DNA of 64,000 bases, from the NCBI GenBank assembly GCA_964016885.1, contig OZ024747.1, positions 87,792,001 to 87,856,000 of the forward strand. The letters run 5' to 3'. This stretch comes from Eledone cirrhosa. Its lineage: Eukaryota. The position numbers and the translations under genes were made by a program. Below, piece after piece: positions 24,240-38,080 of this stretch (position 1 is the stretch's first letter; each line of letters opens with the position of its first letter). The notes beneath the pieces were generated by a model. It did no database searches. It was not told where the DNA came from and saw nothing but the letters and a program-made list of their open reading frames with translations.

Positions 24240-24372
24240 ATGGCTGCACTGTCGCAGGCAACGATGGAGGATTTCGGAACGGCCGCAGCTACCAAGGCTG
24301 CGTTACTTCTTATTATTGGAGAACCTGTAACCGAGGACCATAAGCATTTAATCCCTGAGGAATTAGCTAAAG
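24240..24372 (+). CDS. futsch: Microtubule-associated protein 1 family (MAP1A/1B/futsch-like), coding exon 1
   Basis: MAALSQATMEDFGTAAATKAALLLIIGEPVTEDHKHLIPEELAK-G|GTAAAG (phase 1); resembles the MAP1B N-terminal LLVVVGEIVTEEHL..IELGIRSWD (recalled from memory). Confidence 0.85.
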
Positions 24373-25077
24373 GTAAAGAATTTGTTAAAATAACTGAAGC
24401 AAATTTAGATTAAAACATTATATGAAAAAAAATATTGGGTTCTTTTTCGCAACATTGTAAGGAAATTAACGTTCTGTTCTGTGAGAGCCGGCCGGTCTTC
24501 ATTCTTATATTCTATAACGTCACTCTTATTCTTTTGTATTTAATATATTCAAACCAAAAATTCATTTAAACTCCACTTTGTAAACTTTTAGTTAGTATTT
24601 GGTTGAAAATATCCTTTGAATGTCAGATTTATTCTATGCAAGAATTGTTTGTCACTACCGATTCCCAATTATCTTAATTTTCCTTCTTAGATCACTTATC
24701 AATTAATTAGTATTTTCTTTCTACGCAATACAACATATATAAAAATTTCTGAAAAATTGCGCACTTATTTTTTTTTCTCGTTTTCTCTTAATTCTGTAAA
24801 TTTTTGATTTTTCAAAATGTACGAAGGAAATTAGTTTCTTATAGTAGTAATCACTTCTTAATATCTTGTCTATTAAATTACAGACATCCAACTCCATCTT
24901 TACAATTTTTTTACCGTTTCCATTTCATATAGTTTCACTCAAATCTTTTGCTTAGATTTGATAGTTATTGTTCGCTTTTTTTCTCGTTAATTTATTTACT
25001 TTATGGCGCGATAAAAAAACAAGACAAGTATTAAATTGTTTCATTCGGTTTTGATATAAAAAAATAACTTTGACGTA

Positions 25078-25121
<44 letters not shown>

Positions 25122-26967
25122 ATATAAGAACCTTGAATTCGTAATGCTTACATATGCTAATTTTACCACCACTATAATTGATTTTATTTTTTTCATCCTT
25201 TGACGTAGTACCGGCCAGCAAGCACTGTTGCTTATTAGGAACGAGGGAAAATAAATTAACTAGAAATTTTGGATTTCCAAGTTTTAAAATCGTTAGTGAA
25301 ATAAAATTATGGTTAGGCCAACTACGTCTGCTGTTCTAGTTGTATTACGATTCCAGAACTTGTACCATACCGGCTTATATTCTTCGTTTGCTAGCTATAA
25401 ATTAACATAATTTATTTCTTACATGACAGCTATTATCAGCGATGTTAAATTCTAGTCAGTCATAAATATATTTAACTCAAGTTATAATTTTCTTTATGTG
25501 GAATGTTTAAAGATCTTTATTTTATTTAAAATAAAAAAAAAGTTTATGATTGTTCAAAAATGTTGTACTTTCTTTACACTAACATTTTTTCTTCTCCGTC
25601 AAATAAATCTCATTAGCTCTAAGGATTTTAATTTGTTTTTAATTGCGGAGAAAACTAGATTTGCCCTTTTTTCATTTATTCGATATTTATTTAGTCGATT
25701 TGTAAATTTTATGTTTGTCGGTTTTTTTGTTTTTTTTTCAAAAATATAATTGCTTGTTAATTATCTATTTTAAAGGAATTAAATTTGATTGGCTGAAGAA
25801 AGAATTTAAATAATGAATAATGGATGTTATAACTGATTTTATTTATCTCTATACGAGTCGCTTTAGTTCCATGTCATGTGATTAAAAGAAATTGTCTAAA
25901 GTACCACAAAGTAAAAAAAAAAAAATAACAATTGTATGTTCGAGGCTAAATGTCCATTTCTGTCTCCATTTTCTCCTTTCTCTCAACAATCTACTTGATA
26001 TCTGACACACTATACGAACTATTTCAATTTCCCTGAAGACGAATCAGTCCTTCAGTGTGGTCCCCTTATCACCCCACCCTCGTATATTAATCCTTTCCAA
26101 CTCTAGAAATACAGATGTTAGGGATTGTATCATGGAGAGAAAGCAATTTGTGGTGGGAGCTCAAGAAAGTTGTGAAAGAAAGCAAATACGTCTCTTTTTC
26201 TACTTAAAATATCAAGGCCGATATAGTATTGCGTAGTGTTTCTGACAGTAGCAGGGAAACAGCTAGACTGGTAGACGAACATTTTTCTACATTGCTCACA
26301 CTGAACAGCTAACGCGCACATGTTTGCTTTTCTAATTTATATATAATTTTTACAATTAAAAAAGTACATATGAAAGAAATCATTCATTATATACACGCGT
26401 CTGTCATTCAATGTTAGAATCGAATTATGCGCATATTTATTTTCTTGCAATCTACCGAGGTGAGAGGTGAAAGAAAGGGAAAACGTCTGCAGGATAACCT
26501 TCGAATGAATAAATTTGTTGCTGCGTTGTGTATGGAGCTTTGTTCGTGTGGTCGAGCTGGTTGACTCATGCCCAAATAATGTATATCACCCCCCGCCCCA
26601 AACCTCTATCTCTCTTTCTGACTGCTGTCAAACAACTGACCTTCACTCTTACCAGATTTCAGAGGGAACTGAAAAATGTATTTCGTGAGAATTATAAAGT
26701 TCAACGCTCACTGTTTAACAATTTGATTTTTTTTGTTAGTACTTGCGTGTGTGTACAGCTCGGTTGTGTGTCCCACTGACATTGTAGTCGGGTAATGTCT
26801 ACTGAACGGTTTAATTGAGCAGCATGGTATTGAGTTGCTATTACAATGAAATATTGTCAGAATTAAAACATTCAAGCATTTCTTTCGGTTGAGTAGCTCT
26901 TTGACATGGTGGGTGGTCTGTTTAGAGTTGTTATTGTCTTGAATTATCATCAGTCTTAATCATCATT

Positions 26968-27150
26968 GGTGGATTGGCAGTATCGGTAGAGAGTCGGACA
27001 CCATGCTTTCCAGCATAGTTACGTCCCTTTACGATCTGAGTTCAAATCCCGCCGAGGTTGACTTTGCCTTTTATCCTTACGGGGTAGATAAAATAAAGTA
27101 CCAGTAATGTACTGTAAATTGCTGACCTTGTGCCTAAAAATAGAAACCAT
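26968..27150 (+). mobile_element. tRNA-derived SINE (short subfamily)
   Basis: Near-identical to the 8311 copy. Confidence 0.85.
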
Positions 27151-27179
27151 TATTACTATTGTCATCGCCAACTTCATGT

Positions 27180-28330
27180 AAAATTGTCGAATTTTTATGA
27201 CATCTACGACCTATGATCATACATTGCTCCAAATACGACAGTTTCAGTATTCGTAATGATTTCCATCACTCATATCTTCAGAGACATTAACTCACGTGAG
27301 CCTAAATGACAAATGTTCCCCCTAAAAGCCCTCACCTTGTGATGGTACTAACGAAATCACTGGATTCAAAATAAGACATGTTGGGTTGGTTGAGAACTCC
27401 AGCACATTGACAAGCTTCTGAATGACATGCTCATGGCTTACAGAACAATTCTAGACAAATACATTGCATATTCTTAAACAAAAAAGCATTGATGAGCTTT
27501 GAGTTTCAATCTGAGTAATGAATAGTGGATTGTAAAAGCCCAGATTCTGATGCAAACAGACATGACATGCCTAATAACTATGCTGCAACAAAGACTGTCC
27601 TGTGAATTATTCCATAGTACCAGTCACCATCTGGCTCATCACTACTGCAAGATCAATCAGCAATAGAGGAATACTGGGAACACTTTAGCCAGCTCCTAAA
27701 TCTCATGACTCAGCAGTCATAAAGGAATTTTTTTTCAAAGTCTGTCATTTGCCACCTTGATGAACCACCAATCTTTGCTGAAGTTAGTGCTGCCTTCATA
27801 ACCTAGGAAATTTGGACTTAGCTAATATTCTAGAAAATCTTACAGGATGGTTACCTTTGCACAAGTGCATCACATAAATGTGAAGTGTATACCTTGCATT
27901 GGAAGGATGCTAACATCATCTACTACAACAATGAAGACAAATCTATTTGTTCCAGTAGTTGGAGTATAACACTCGTCTGTTTGTTGCTGGGCAGGTCTTG
28001 CTCAAGAGACTGGCCAATAACATTACGCCAGTCACAATGCATGTTCTGCAAGGAGCAACTTCATGGCTTATTCATTGTGTACTCCAGTGTTTAGTGTTTA
28101 ACACTGAACAGGGATGTTCTCAAATGTTTGGTTGCCAGATCCACATTGGCGATAGCTCAGGTTTTTGAGCCATTCAGTGTAACAGGAATTAGAAAAGGCT
28201 GGCTGGCTCTTGTATTCATATCTTCAACCGTGTGATACAAAAGAGTGGAAAGGGAGGCAGGAGTCGCTCTTCAACATCTGCTGCCTAGCTTATATTTTGG
28301 AAGCCTTGTGAACCATCTTACAGCTTAGAA
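27180..28330 (+). mobile_element. Degraded RTE/BovB-like LINE
   Basis: YWEHFSQLLN; WKDANII..DKSICSS; AGQVLLKRLANNI. Confidence 0.6.
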
Positions 28331-28606
28331 AAGAATGGGTCGGACCGTTAACACTGAAGAAGCCGTCTAATGCACTGTCCTTTCTCCTCACCACCTCAGT
28401 ACAACAGCAGCAACTAGCTACATCCTCCTCATTTTTATACTTAGGCGGCAGCATTTTCTGCAAATTGGATGAGGTTATAAATTTTAACCCATAAATCCTG
28501 GAACAGTTTCAAATGGTTGAGTATAAAAAAAAGGTTAATATTTTAAAGGATCTAGTTTGAATTAATGTCATGTGTGCAGTGATGTTAATTGCAGCTGATA
28601 AATCTA

Positions 28607-28772
28607 CCATATTTCCTGGCGTCGAAGATGCTACCTTTTTCCTAAAATCTGTCTCAAAAATCTACCATGTGTCCTGGAGGCCGAAGGTTGTTTATTTTTT
28701 TTTCAAATTTTTGGTTGTCAAAATTAGGGTGCATCCTCGAGGGCAAAGCGCCTTCGGCACCTGGAAATATGA
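28607..28772. mobile_element. Tc2/pogo-like MITE
   Basis: TA-CCATATTTCCTGGCGTCGAAGATGCT ... AGCGCCTTCGGCACCTGGAAATATGA-TA. Confidence 0.7.
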
Positions 28773-29969
28773 TAATTCTCTTAACCCTTTAGCATTTAAA
28801 CCAGCTGTATCCAGCCACAATGCTCTCACCTCTTTCCGTTCAAGCCAGTCATAACCGGCTGCTCATACTTATGTTAAGGTATTCTCAAAATAAATATCAA
28901 ATGCTCGATTCGATATTATGTGACAAAGCCTTTACCATAAAAAATACAAGAGTAATGTAAATACTGATGGATTAAGTAGTTTGGTGTCTTGTTGCCTTTA
29001 GTTGAAATCCTGCTTGATCTGGCATTTTTTGGTCTATCTGGACCAATAAAATGTAACTACAAATAGAACCTTTGTAAGTGAAGGTTTAGGGCATTGGACT
29101 CGCCATTATAAGCTTGTGAGTTCAATTACTGGACTAGGTGATGCATTGAGTAAGATGCTTCACTTCATTTCACGTTGCTTTTCATAATCAGTAAAATACC
29201 CAATAAAACCACCTATGAAATGCCATGTCGTACGCCAGCTAAACTTACATAGGTGTGAATTGTAAATTATATATATATATATGTATATTTCTTTTTTTTC
29301 ACATCTTGCTCAGTTTCAGCCAATATCATTTTTATGTCTATTTTTCCATGCTTGGTGGGTTAATGCTCTCTTGTACATCATCTCTCCTTTGTTCTTTCCT
29401 TTGTCATATTAACATAAATTGATGTAATCTTTACAGCACATAAGCTGCAGTTTGAATTTTGATTGGCTGAGAATGGTATCTTGTGCACTTTTAAGCTAGT
29501 TCAGATTTCCTATACTGTCATTTATTTTACATAAACAACATTCAAGTTTCTTAGGGTTAGGATTTTTCAGCACCTACGGTACACCGGCTGAATTTTTTTG
29601 GTGCCAAATTTGCTGTGGGGATGCTTAGTTAATGCAATTTCATAGAACAGTGCTTTTTGTTGTGAAGAATTGTTTTTTTGTTTTTTTCAAAACCATTTTG
29701 ATCACAAAGACATTCCAGCTTTGACTGGAGAAGACATTCCAGTTGCTTTCTCAGACATATATTTAGGACTGCATTTTCCAATATAATCCTTTTTTTTTTT
29801 TTCTTTTAAGATAGTAACATCTGACTCTACTAAATTGTTATATAACCAAGTTTTGTCAACAGTTGAAGTCCACTGATAGCTACATTCAAGTTTTACTTAA
29901 CTGTGAAATTGGTATATTTGAGATCATAGATTCAATTCCTGGACTGGGGCGGGGTGCATTGTGTGCAGT

Positions 29970-30250
29970 AATGCACCAGCTTCGGCATTCAGTAGTCAGA
30001 AGAAGGGAGGTGGGTGTAAAAGCCAAACTCGCTATCTTCAATTCATATTCATGCCAAACCTTACTTGGGGCAATGATTGAAAGAATACAAGCGGCTGAAA
30101 TGGGGTTCTTCTAAAGAGTCTTTGGAGTAACATTACTCGATAGAGTGCATAGCTCTGAGATCAGAGAGTTGCTCAAGGTACAACTGCTACTTTTTCTGAA
30201 TTCAGGGAACAAATCTCCAATACTATGGGCATGTAGTTAGAATATCACAG
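29970..30250 (+). mobile_element. RTE LINE fragment
   Basis: MHQLRHSVVRRREVGVKAKLAIFNS..QAAEMGFF; paralogous to 2850-3100. Confidence 0.75.
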
Positions 30251-31273
30251 AAAATTTCTAGAATTGGGCAGGATGTTTTTCGTCATTCAAGTTCTGAGCT
30301 CAAATTCTTCTAGTCAAGAATTGTGACAATCAGATAAGGCAATTAATGCCAGTAACTTTAGTCTCCAGCCAGTTGTTATAACCTGGGTACTGACATCGTG
30401 TGTGTATTACCATATAAACACCAACTCTTAATAATATTGGTAAGTTTTGTTGTATTGTTAACCAGTATCAATCTCTTCCTAATTAATTCCTTTGATCAAG
30501 TTGTTCCAGACAAATCAAAAATTTATTTCAGGCAGTGCCCCCTTCCCCCCAAAAGGTTGACTAATAATTTAAAATAAGTGAAATTCTTTGATCTCTCTGA
30601 TTAGTCTTGAAATTATCAAATTAAAGTATTGCTTTTCCTGAGCAGATATTTTAAAATCGAATTTTAATTGAGGGAGGAAGAAATTTTAAATTTTATGTAA
30701 ATTTTCTTATGCAACTTAACACCTCCTGCTGCACGTAGTAGTGAGGTGACTTTCCTGATAATAGAATTAATTAAAGGCTATTACTATGTCCATTAGTCTT
30801 TAATTGTGGAAATCACACATTGAAGTCACCTACTTCTGTTTTTTAATTACCGACAGCTGTTCTGCTGTAAGACTTTAGAATTGTGAAGAATTTTTATTAT
30901 ATTTTTGTATTCACTGTTTTCAATTTCTGTTCTCCAAAGTTTGTCAGTCTCATTACAGAGAACATTGTAATTAATTTTCTAAATTCTATTTGAGTGGTGG
31001 AGCATTGTTAGTCTATTAAGTCTGTCTGTTAGGTATTTTTTCCTCCTCCCTCTTCCTAACACCATTGTGGGAATTTATGGGGCTGTTAATGAATCTCTCC
31101 CATTATTATAGGGTGGAGTCATTAAGCACATATGCCATAAACATTTTTTTTGTATTTTAGTTATTGTTTGGTTTCTATTGTGTATGAAATGTGAAAGAAA
31201 GTCGATTCACTGAAAGGATTTTAGCTGATTGGTCATAATAAAAATATTAATTTTAAACTTTTTCTTAACCATA

Positions 31274-31500
31274 ATCTATATATAAATTTCAGTGACTTCT
31301 GTCCATCATAGTGTATGTGTAAAAGGGGATGGTGAAAAAACATAGCAAAACTGCAGCTGGCGTTGCATTTGCTATGCTGTGTGTGAATGTATGTCTGTGT
31401 ATTTTTGTGTTTATATTTATGTACTCATACATATAAATGCATGCATATGCACATACACTTGCACACAATGCATCAGCATGCTGAAAAACATCTAATTTGA
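31274..31500 (+). mobile_element. Non-autonomous Helitron-like repeat; inverted copy at 59190-59486
   Basis: A|TCTATATATAAATTTCAGTGACTTCTGTCC start; reverse complement near 59455-59485; partial copy ~62500-62590. Confidence 0.5.
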
Positions 31501-32683
31501 AAATGATTAAGAACTTGAAGGGATTTTGTAATGACTTTTTCATTTCCAGCGATGAGCCACATAAGATATGGCTCGTCCTAAGGCGGACCACACTAAAAAG
31601 AAAAAATTCAAGGCAATTTTAAAATTAAGCATGTCATTCAGAAAGCCATGGGCCAGACACCCATGACTTCTTTGGAGCATAACTTAAAAGTTCTTACATG
31701 AAATTGTGATGGAAAATTAAACATTAAATGAACACTTTAAAATATATTGCTTTGTATCATAGAATCAGAGATAGTTTCAGTAGGATTGATATCAGTTCAG
31801 TTCATGTCCAAAGAATTAAAAACCTGACATTGACATTTTAGAAATTGCTTTTCAGAAGTTAAATTGAGAATTCTTTAGCTAAATGTTTATGAAGAACCTT
31901 GTAATTTATTCTGCCACCATAGTCTAGTTTGGTTGATATCTGTGAAGTATTAGATGTCAATTTAATCTAAGCCATTTTTTTTTACCCTTGAAATTTTGTT
32001 TATCCTTGATTTTTATCTCAATTTCTTACTGCAGTAACACCCACCAATTTATATATATATATATTTCTTTTTATAGATGCAAATAGTTTATTACCAATTT
32101 AGGATAGTTGGAGTGTTTTTAGCAGTTAACACTTAAATTAAATTAAAATATTATTTATTACTATTCATCCCAATGTATCTTTTTTTTTCTTTTCAGTAGA
32201 GACTTACCTTAGCTGCAAACACTTCAATTCATTAAGTCTTCACAACTTAGTTATGTTTGTCTTTGAGACAACAGGTTCAGTAGTCTGCAATTCACTTAAC
32301 TAATCTACTTTTGGCTTAGTACAAGTATATTTGTGGTACTGATATCAATGAACTTGAAGGAATTGAAAGCTAAGACAGCTCTAATTGGGGTTTAAACTTT
32401 GAAAGAAAATAAAGCTAAATATTGTAATCTGGTACTTTGAGCCTTTTTGTTGCTATATTTCTAATGAAAGATATTGTCAATGTTTTGAAATTCTCATTAT
32501 CTGGTGTTTGGAGCATAACTTAAAGGTTCTTAAGATTATAATGGAGGATTTTTGGTTAAACATAAACACGTTAAAATAAAGTTTTGTATTGTAGAACCAG
32601 GAGCAGTTCCAGGCAGTTTGGTATCAAAAGGATTACTATGATGTTTTAGATTGTAAGCATGAAGTTTCATGTTTATGGAAGAT

Positions 32684-32714
<31 letters not shown>

Positions 32715-35439
32715 CCCCCCCAAGATGTGTGGTTTGAAAAAAATAACCTTAATAACTGAGTTAACTGCCACCTTACCAGGGGTAAACTGCAGTTGATGGA
32801 TTGGTTTAAGCAGTTGGTCAGCAATACAGAAAATATTTTTTGTAAAAAAACAAACATTGAAAAAAAAAAAAAAGTATATAATAAATAAATTCCATCTATT
32901 TAATATCCTGTCATGATATAGCAGAACATATCTAAAAACTTGTTAATTCAAATGTTTATACTGCTGTTTTGTACTTTTCAAGAATATCTTGCTAATGGTA
33001 CAAAAGACCGTGGGGAGGGGGTGCAAAAGGGAGTATGGATTGGATATAGGTAAGATGAATCCTAGGTGACATGAATAGATTAATAGAGGTTAAGAAAGTT
33101 CAGGGGTCTCTGTTCTGGTTTGATGCTTTCTGAGCTCGGATCATGTGTCCTTCCATCAGGGGTTTCGATCAGCACATAGTATCAGCAATGAAACTCAAAA
33201 CGTAAAGGTCTGTAATTGTGCTGCAAGGCATTTTGTCTACAGCACTAATGATTATCCCAATCCACCAATACTAATAATGACAAAAAAAAACTTTTAGTTA
33301 TATACAGCCCTTAGTTTCCTTGGTTCAGTCTGATGTTTGACTTTCATTTATTGGTATGAAAATGGTGGGTACTCTAGAGATTGAGAGAGCCAGTTTGGTT
33401 CCATTGTTTTGGGACCTGGTGTATATGTATATATTTATTTACCATACCATATTTAATAATCTCTATGAAGGTTATATATCAATAAAAAAAAAAATTGAAG
33501 AGATTATGGGGAACTGAGCAAATAAATTCATCAATAATTGAAATTTTAGCTAAAGCATTGCATTTGGAGTTGGTGACTAGTTGGGAGGAGATATGTATTT
33601 TCAAATTCCTCCTCTCTTTTCATGTTTATGTAAGGTGTAAAAAAGATTCTCTATTCAGCTATTGTTTTGCTGACCTTTATTAGTATGTATTATAACTTCG
33701 ATTTGTAACATCAGTTATTCAGAAGCATCTTAGTTACAAAGTCCTAAGATATTCTGATTGGAAGATTAAGGCACTGTTATACATTTTAATGTAGCTGGAC
33801 CTAGTGTGTATCTCTCTTTCAAAACAGTAGTGTCGATTGATAGAAATTTGGCTGCAAATTTTAGCAGGTTGAATGACCACAAGCTCCTGTGTATTGTCCT
33901 GATACAAAATTGCTTTGGGTATTCTTAGCTTTGTCAGTTTCTATTTCAGTTAAATGGTTAAAATTCAATATGGTATCCAATTTTTTATGTATTTAGTTTC
34001 AGTAATATATAATCAAAATTTACAAAATACTATTTTACTAAAAATTTAAAACTAGTCATAACTTCCTGTTTTGGTTTTTGTGAAATAATTGGTTTTATGT
34101 TAAATAAAAAATATCTGATTTACTAAGGCTGTTTTTTAAACTCATTTGTTACCATATTTCTAACAAAAGACACTGCCAATAATTTTCAAATAATTTTGAA
34201 AATAAGAATTTGGAAAGACTTAGAAATATAACATTTTCATTTTTAAACTGGTGTTTGAAATATAACAAATGTTTTACATAAGATTATGATGGAAGGTTTT
34301 TAGAAAAAACCTTAGTTCTTATATCATAGAACCATAAGCAATTTCAACCGGTTTGGTATTAAAAGGTTTAAATTTAGTGTAGCTTAAACCTTATAGGAGG
34401 CCAGCTAAACTTAGGTGTGAGCTGTAAATTACATTTTTCATTTTAATTTAAATCACTTTTTAATGGATTAGCACAATTGGCATTCTCCTCACTTCCGATA
34501 TGTAACCAAGAGTTATCTTTTCTTAGCATCTGTCCAAGTATGTTTTTGTTAGCCTAAACTAATATACAATGTTTTTAATTGCTATAATACTGCACTCTAA
34601 AAAATAATAGAAAAGAGTATCAATTTAAAATAGATGAAAGGAAATAAATACAGGATTGGTATTTCCTTTAAGACTGTCCTGTTGGACCACAAAAGTCACA
34701 ACTGAAACTGGTGTACAAATTCTTGACAATCCTTGTGATATTTCTGGGTGATTTTTAAGGATTTAATCTTAGATACACAGTTGATCCTGTCCTATACTTT
34801 GCTGTATGGTGGAAGTATTCTATATACACCTTTATCACATTCTTGCATTCTATCTTTCTCCTATGTGATTCTATTTGCATGTACATATAAATACATGTAT
34901 GCATAGTAAATTATTCCATATTTTATCATTTCTAAAATATCCAAAAAGTTTATATGAAAAACAAGTTCAACTGAATTGAATTTGGTTGAATTTAAATTGA
35001 CTAAATAATTTAAAATATGGTAATCTTCTAATGAATTAGAAAATAATTACAAAACAAGGTTAATTGATCTGATTAACTCAAGTGTCTTCATTTCATTATG
35101 CTTTCTTTATCCTCCTGGCTTCCTGCTCACATAAATAAGGAGGGATGGTTCTGCAAATGAACATACTGGAACAATTTTATTTCTATGCACTTCCATACTT
35201 TATAAACTCCAAAGCATGGTAATAAGCAGTCAAATAAAGGGATGTAGTTAACCTCTCTTTCTATGTTTTTCTCCTACATAGTTTGATTTGTATGTGCATC
35301 ATCATCATCATTTAGCATCCATTTTTCCATGCTTGCATGGGTTAGATGGGTCGTCCATGTTGGGAGACAAGTTTGGCCAGAGTTGGGCATGCTGTACCTT
35401 GCTCTGGCGACTATAAATTTGGCCAGGTATTTTACAGTT

Positions 35440-35630
35440 GGATGACACTTATGAGGGACAGGCCAGTTGACTGGGCTGAACCCATCTGACAGTGTAGCCA
35501 TAGTTTTGGGGCCTGGTGCTGGCACTGCTATGAGGAGAGACAGGCCGGCTGGCCACATCAAGCACATCTAACAACATAACCATAGTTTTGGGGCCCAGTA
35601 CTGGATGACACTGCTATGAGGAGAGACGGG
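35440..35630. repeat. Degenerate tandem repeat, ~83-bp unit, ~2.3 copies
   Basis: CCATAGTTTTGGGGCC..CACTGCTATGAGGAGAGAC occurs twice, plus a partial upstream copy. Confidence 0.8.
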
Positions 35631-36249
35631 TGTGGAACCACAGTTTGCATGTATTTATTGCCAGTAATTTGTTCAAGATGACTAAGTTTCGTTATTTAGT
35701 ATTGGTACAGCTGTTTTCATATAATCTTAATGTGAAGTTAATACCAAGAATGCCTTAAACAAATGATTTTATTAAGAATCAATGTTTGACACTAAAAGCC
35801 ACTAAAGTACAAAGTAGTTCTGACAGGATTCCAAAGTGATATAGTTTGATGTGCTCTAATTTGTATTCTCATATCCCCTCTTTTTTCTTTTCTTTTTATT
35901 TGCAAACGTTATATTAGATTTACCTTTTTAGTCTGTTGGTTAACAACTAAAGCAGTAATCCATTGTAACTAGGAATCTGGAAAATCCATTTGATGTCTAA
36001 CTAACCCTTTTCTGGCCTTCTAACGAAAATAGTCTTTCAATTAATGAATTTCGACTAATATTTTATAAAAGGAGTGTGTAGTTTACTTGAAGCATTGTAA
36101 AAAGAATCCGAAGTTTGAAAGCCATGACAATGAGTTTGGACAGAGAATAATTAAATAGTAAGAAGTAGGGCATGTTTTTTTTACCTTAATTTATTCATGT
36201 CCTGATATTTCGAGATTAATACCATCTCTTCTTCCAAGGAAAATAAAGG

Positions 36250-36321
36250 AACTATTCCAGTGTCCGATGTGGCTTGCCAGCCAGCATGGTATAGCAAGCC
36301 ACATCAGACACTGGAATAGTT
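36250..36321. repeat. Near-perfect 28-bp inverted repeat with 16-nt spacer
   Basis: AACTATTCCAGTGTCCGATGTGGCTTGC / GCAAGCCACATCAGACACTGGAATAGTT; one mismatch (36265/36306). Confidence 0.95.
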
Positions 36322-37107
36322 AAGTGTATGACAAGGTTGTCCTTTTGAATTACAGGCCCAGGCCATCTAACAAGACTAGTTTTCATCTAGTCTATCCACT
36401 TTGGTTCAAACCAAGGTGGTGCTAAAGATACTTGCCCAAAATGTCACAGTGGTATTGAACTCTGATTCTCATGATTGTGATGCAAACTTCATAACCATTC
36501 TGACATGCCTAGTCTATTAATCAACACAGTGCTATGGAGGAGCAGAACTTCTTGTTTTGCTTGGTGTCCTATCCTTGTAGGTTATTTGACATTCAATGAA
36601 AACTTCAGAGGTATTCATTCACAAAGAGAAAATGAAACATCTGTTGTTATAAATCTGGTTCAACTGAACTACTTGGTACCCTTTGGGATGTCTTACATAG
36701 TCTTCAGGGAGTTGTTATATTTGTGCTTTTTCTATTGATAGTTTTAAAGTATCAAATTAGTTCCAGACAAGACTTCTTTTAATTTTTCCATTTCTGAAGC
36801 AGGAAGTTCTTTAGAAATGGGGTTTTTCTTGTTTAATGATACTGGTCTTAATAATTCACTAAAAATATGCTTATAGAGGAAACATGTCTAATTTCCTACT
36901 GAATATTCATGCCCTGCTCTAGCGCAGCATTACACTTGTTAAATGCAAAACTTTTTATAAACATTCTTTACAGTTAAGTTTTCAATGTAATAATAGACAT
37001 CTACCCTTAAAACAGCCCCTCAGTTACATATTTTCTTGTGGTTGTTTAGCTGATGGAGAGGTCTTACAATAAGAAACCCAATATGGTTGAAAGTTGATTA
37101 AAGATAA

Positions 37108-37142
<35 letters not shown>

Positions 37143-37239
37143 CAATTTGGAGGGAAATGGGTAAATTTGACATGTTTACGTGTCTAGATACTATATATAT
37201 ATATATATATTCCTTTTATGTTGAAGGGTTTGACTAATA

Positions 37240-38080
37240 GGTGATTATTGGTTCAGGAGGGAATCTAATATCTTTGAAAATAGCCTTTCTGTTGGAATTT
37301 TTTACTGAAGCTTTTACCGACACAATGAGTCCGTCCTTGTCTTCATAGAAAGTTTTGACTCTTGGGATGCAATTACGAAGATACACAACACATGTGACAT
37401 GAAAAAATTGGGATAAAGCATCTTTATCATTTCACCTACTTAACTATATCTTGCAGCATCTGACAATAATAAGAGGCATTCTTGTGCAATGTCTATTTCA
37501 TGAAGGATATCATCAATAACTTGAATTATTATTTTCAAATTTATAGACTCATATATTGGTCAGCAATCTACAAAGTATGTTATATCTGGTTCAGCTATCG
37601 GACCAATAAGTGTATTCACATATTTGTGGCCTGATTCGTTTTTGTTTGTTTTTTTTTTTTTTCTAATTTCTTTTTGCTATCATTAAATGAATTGGCATGG
37701 ATGGCTTCTACAGTAGACTGACAATTTGAGGCGGATGGCAGAGGTTTATTCAATTCTCTTTCAAAAAGGTTACTAAGAGGCTGCAAATTGAGTTTGTGAA
37801 TGAGTGTCACTCTTCAGGAATGCCTTTGTAATTTTGTATGGCCATGAGTGCTCATCAATTGTCTGGAATGAAACTAGCTGTTTGAGTAAACTTTGATTTT
37901 GTTCACTCCTGTGCATTTCATAATGAAATTTCTTCTCACAATTGACAACATGGTAAAATTTGCATTTGAGCTTATCTCTGAAGACTGAACTCTGCTTGGT
38001 AGAGTTTTAAAGCATTGATAGCTTTTGATAAAGTTTTTCCTTCGGGCATCTATATAGAAAGAATATATGATAATTATATT
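37240..38080 (-). pseudogene. hAT-superfamily (DUF659-like) transposase remnant
   Basis: QFFHVTCVVYLRNCIPRVKTFYEDKDGLIVSVKAS...FKDIRFPPEPIIT. Confidence 0.6.

Noticed and set aside
26030-26060. Hammerhead core (CTGAAGA)
   Set aside because: No GAAA after a closable stem II; only a short CTGAAG/CTTCAG inverted repeat
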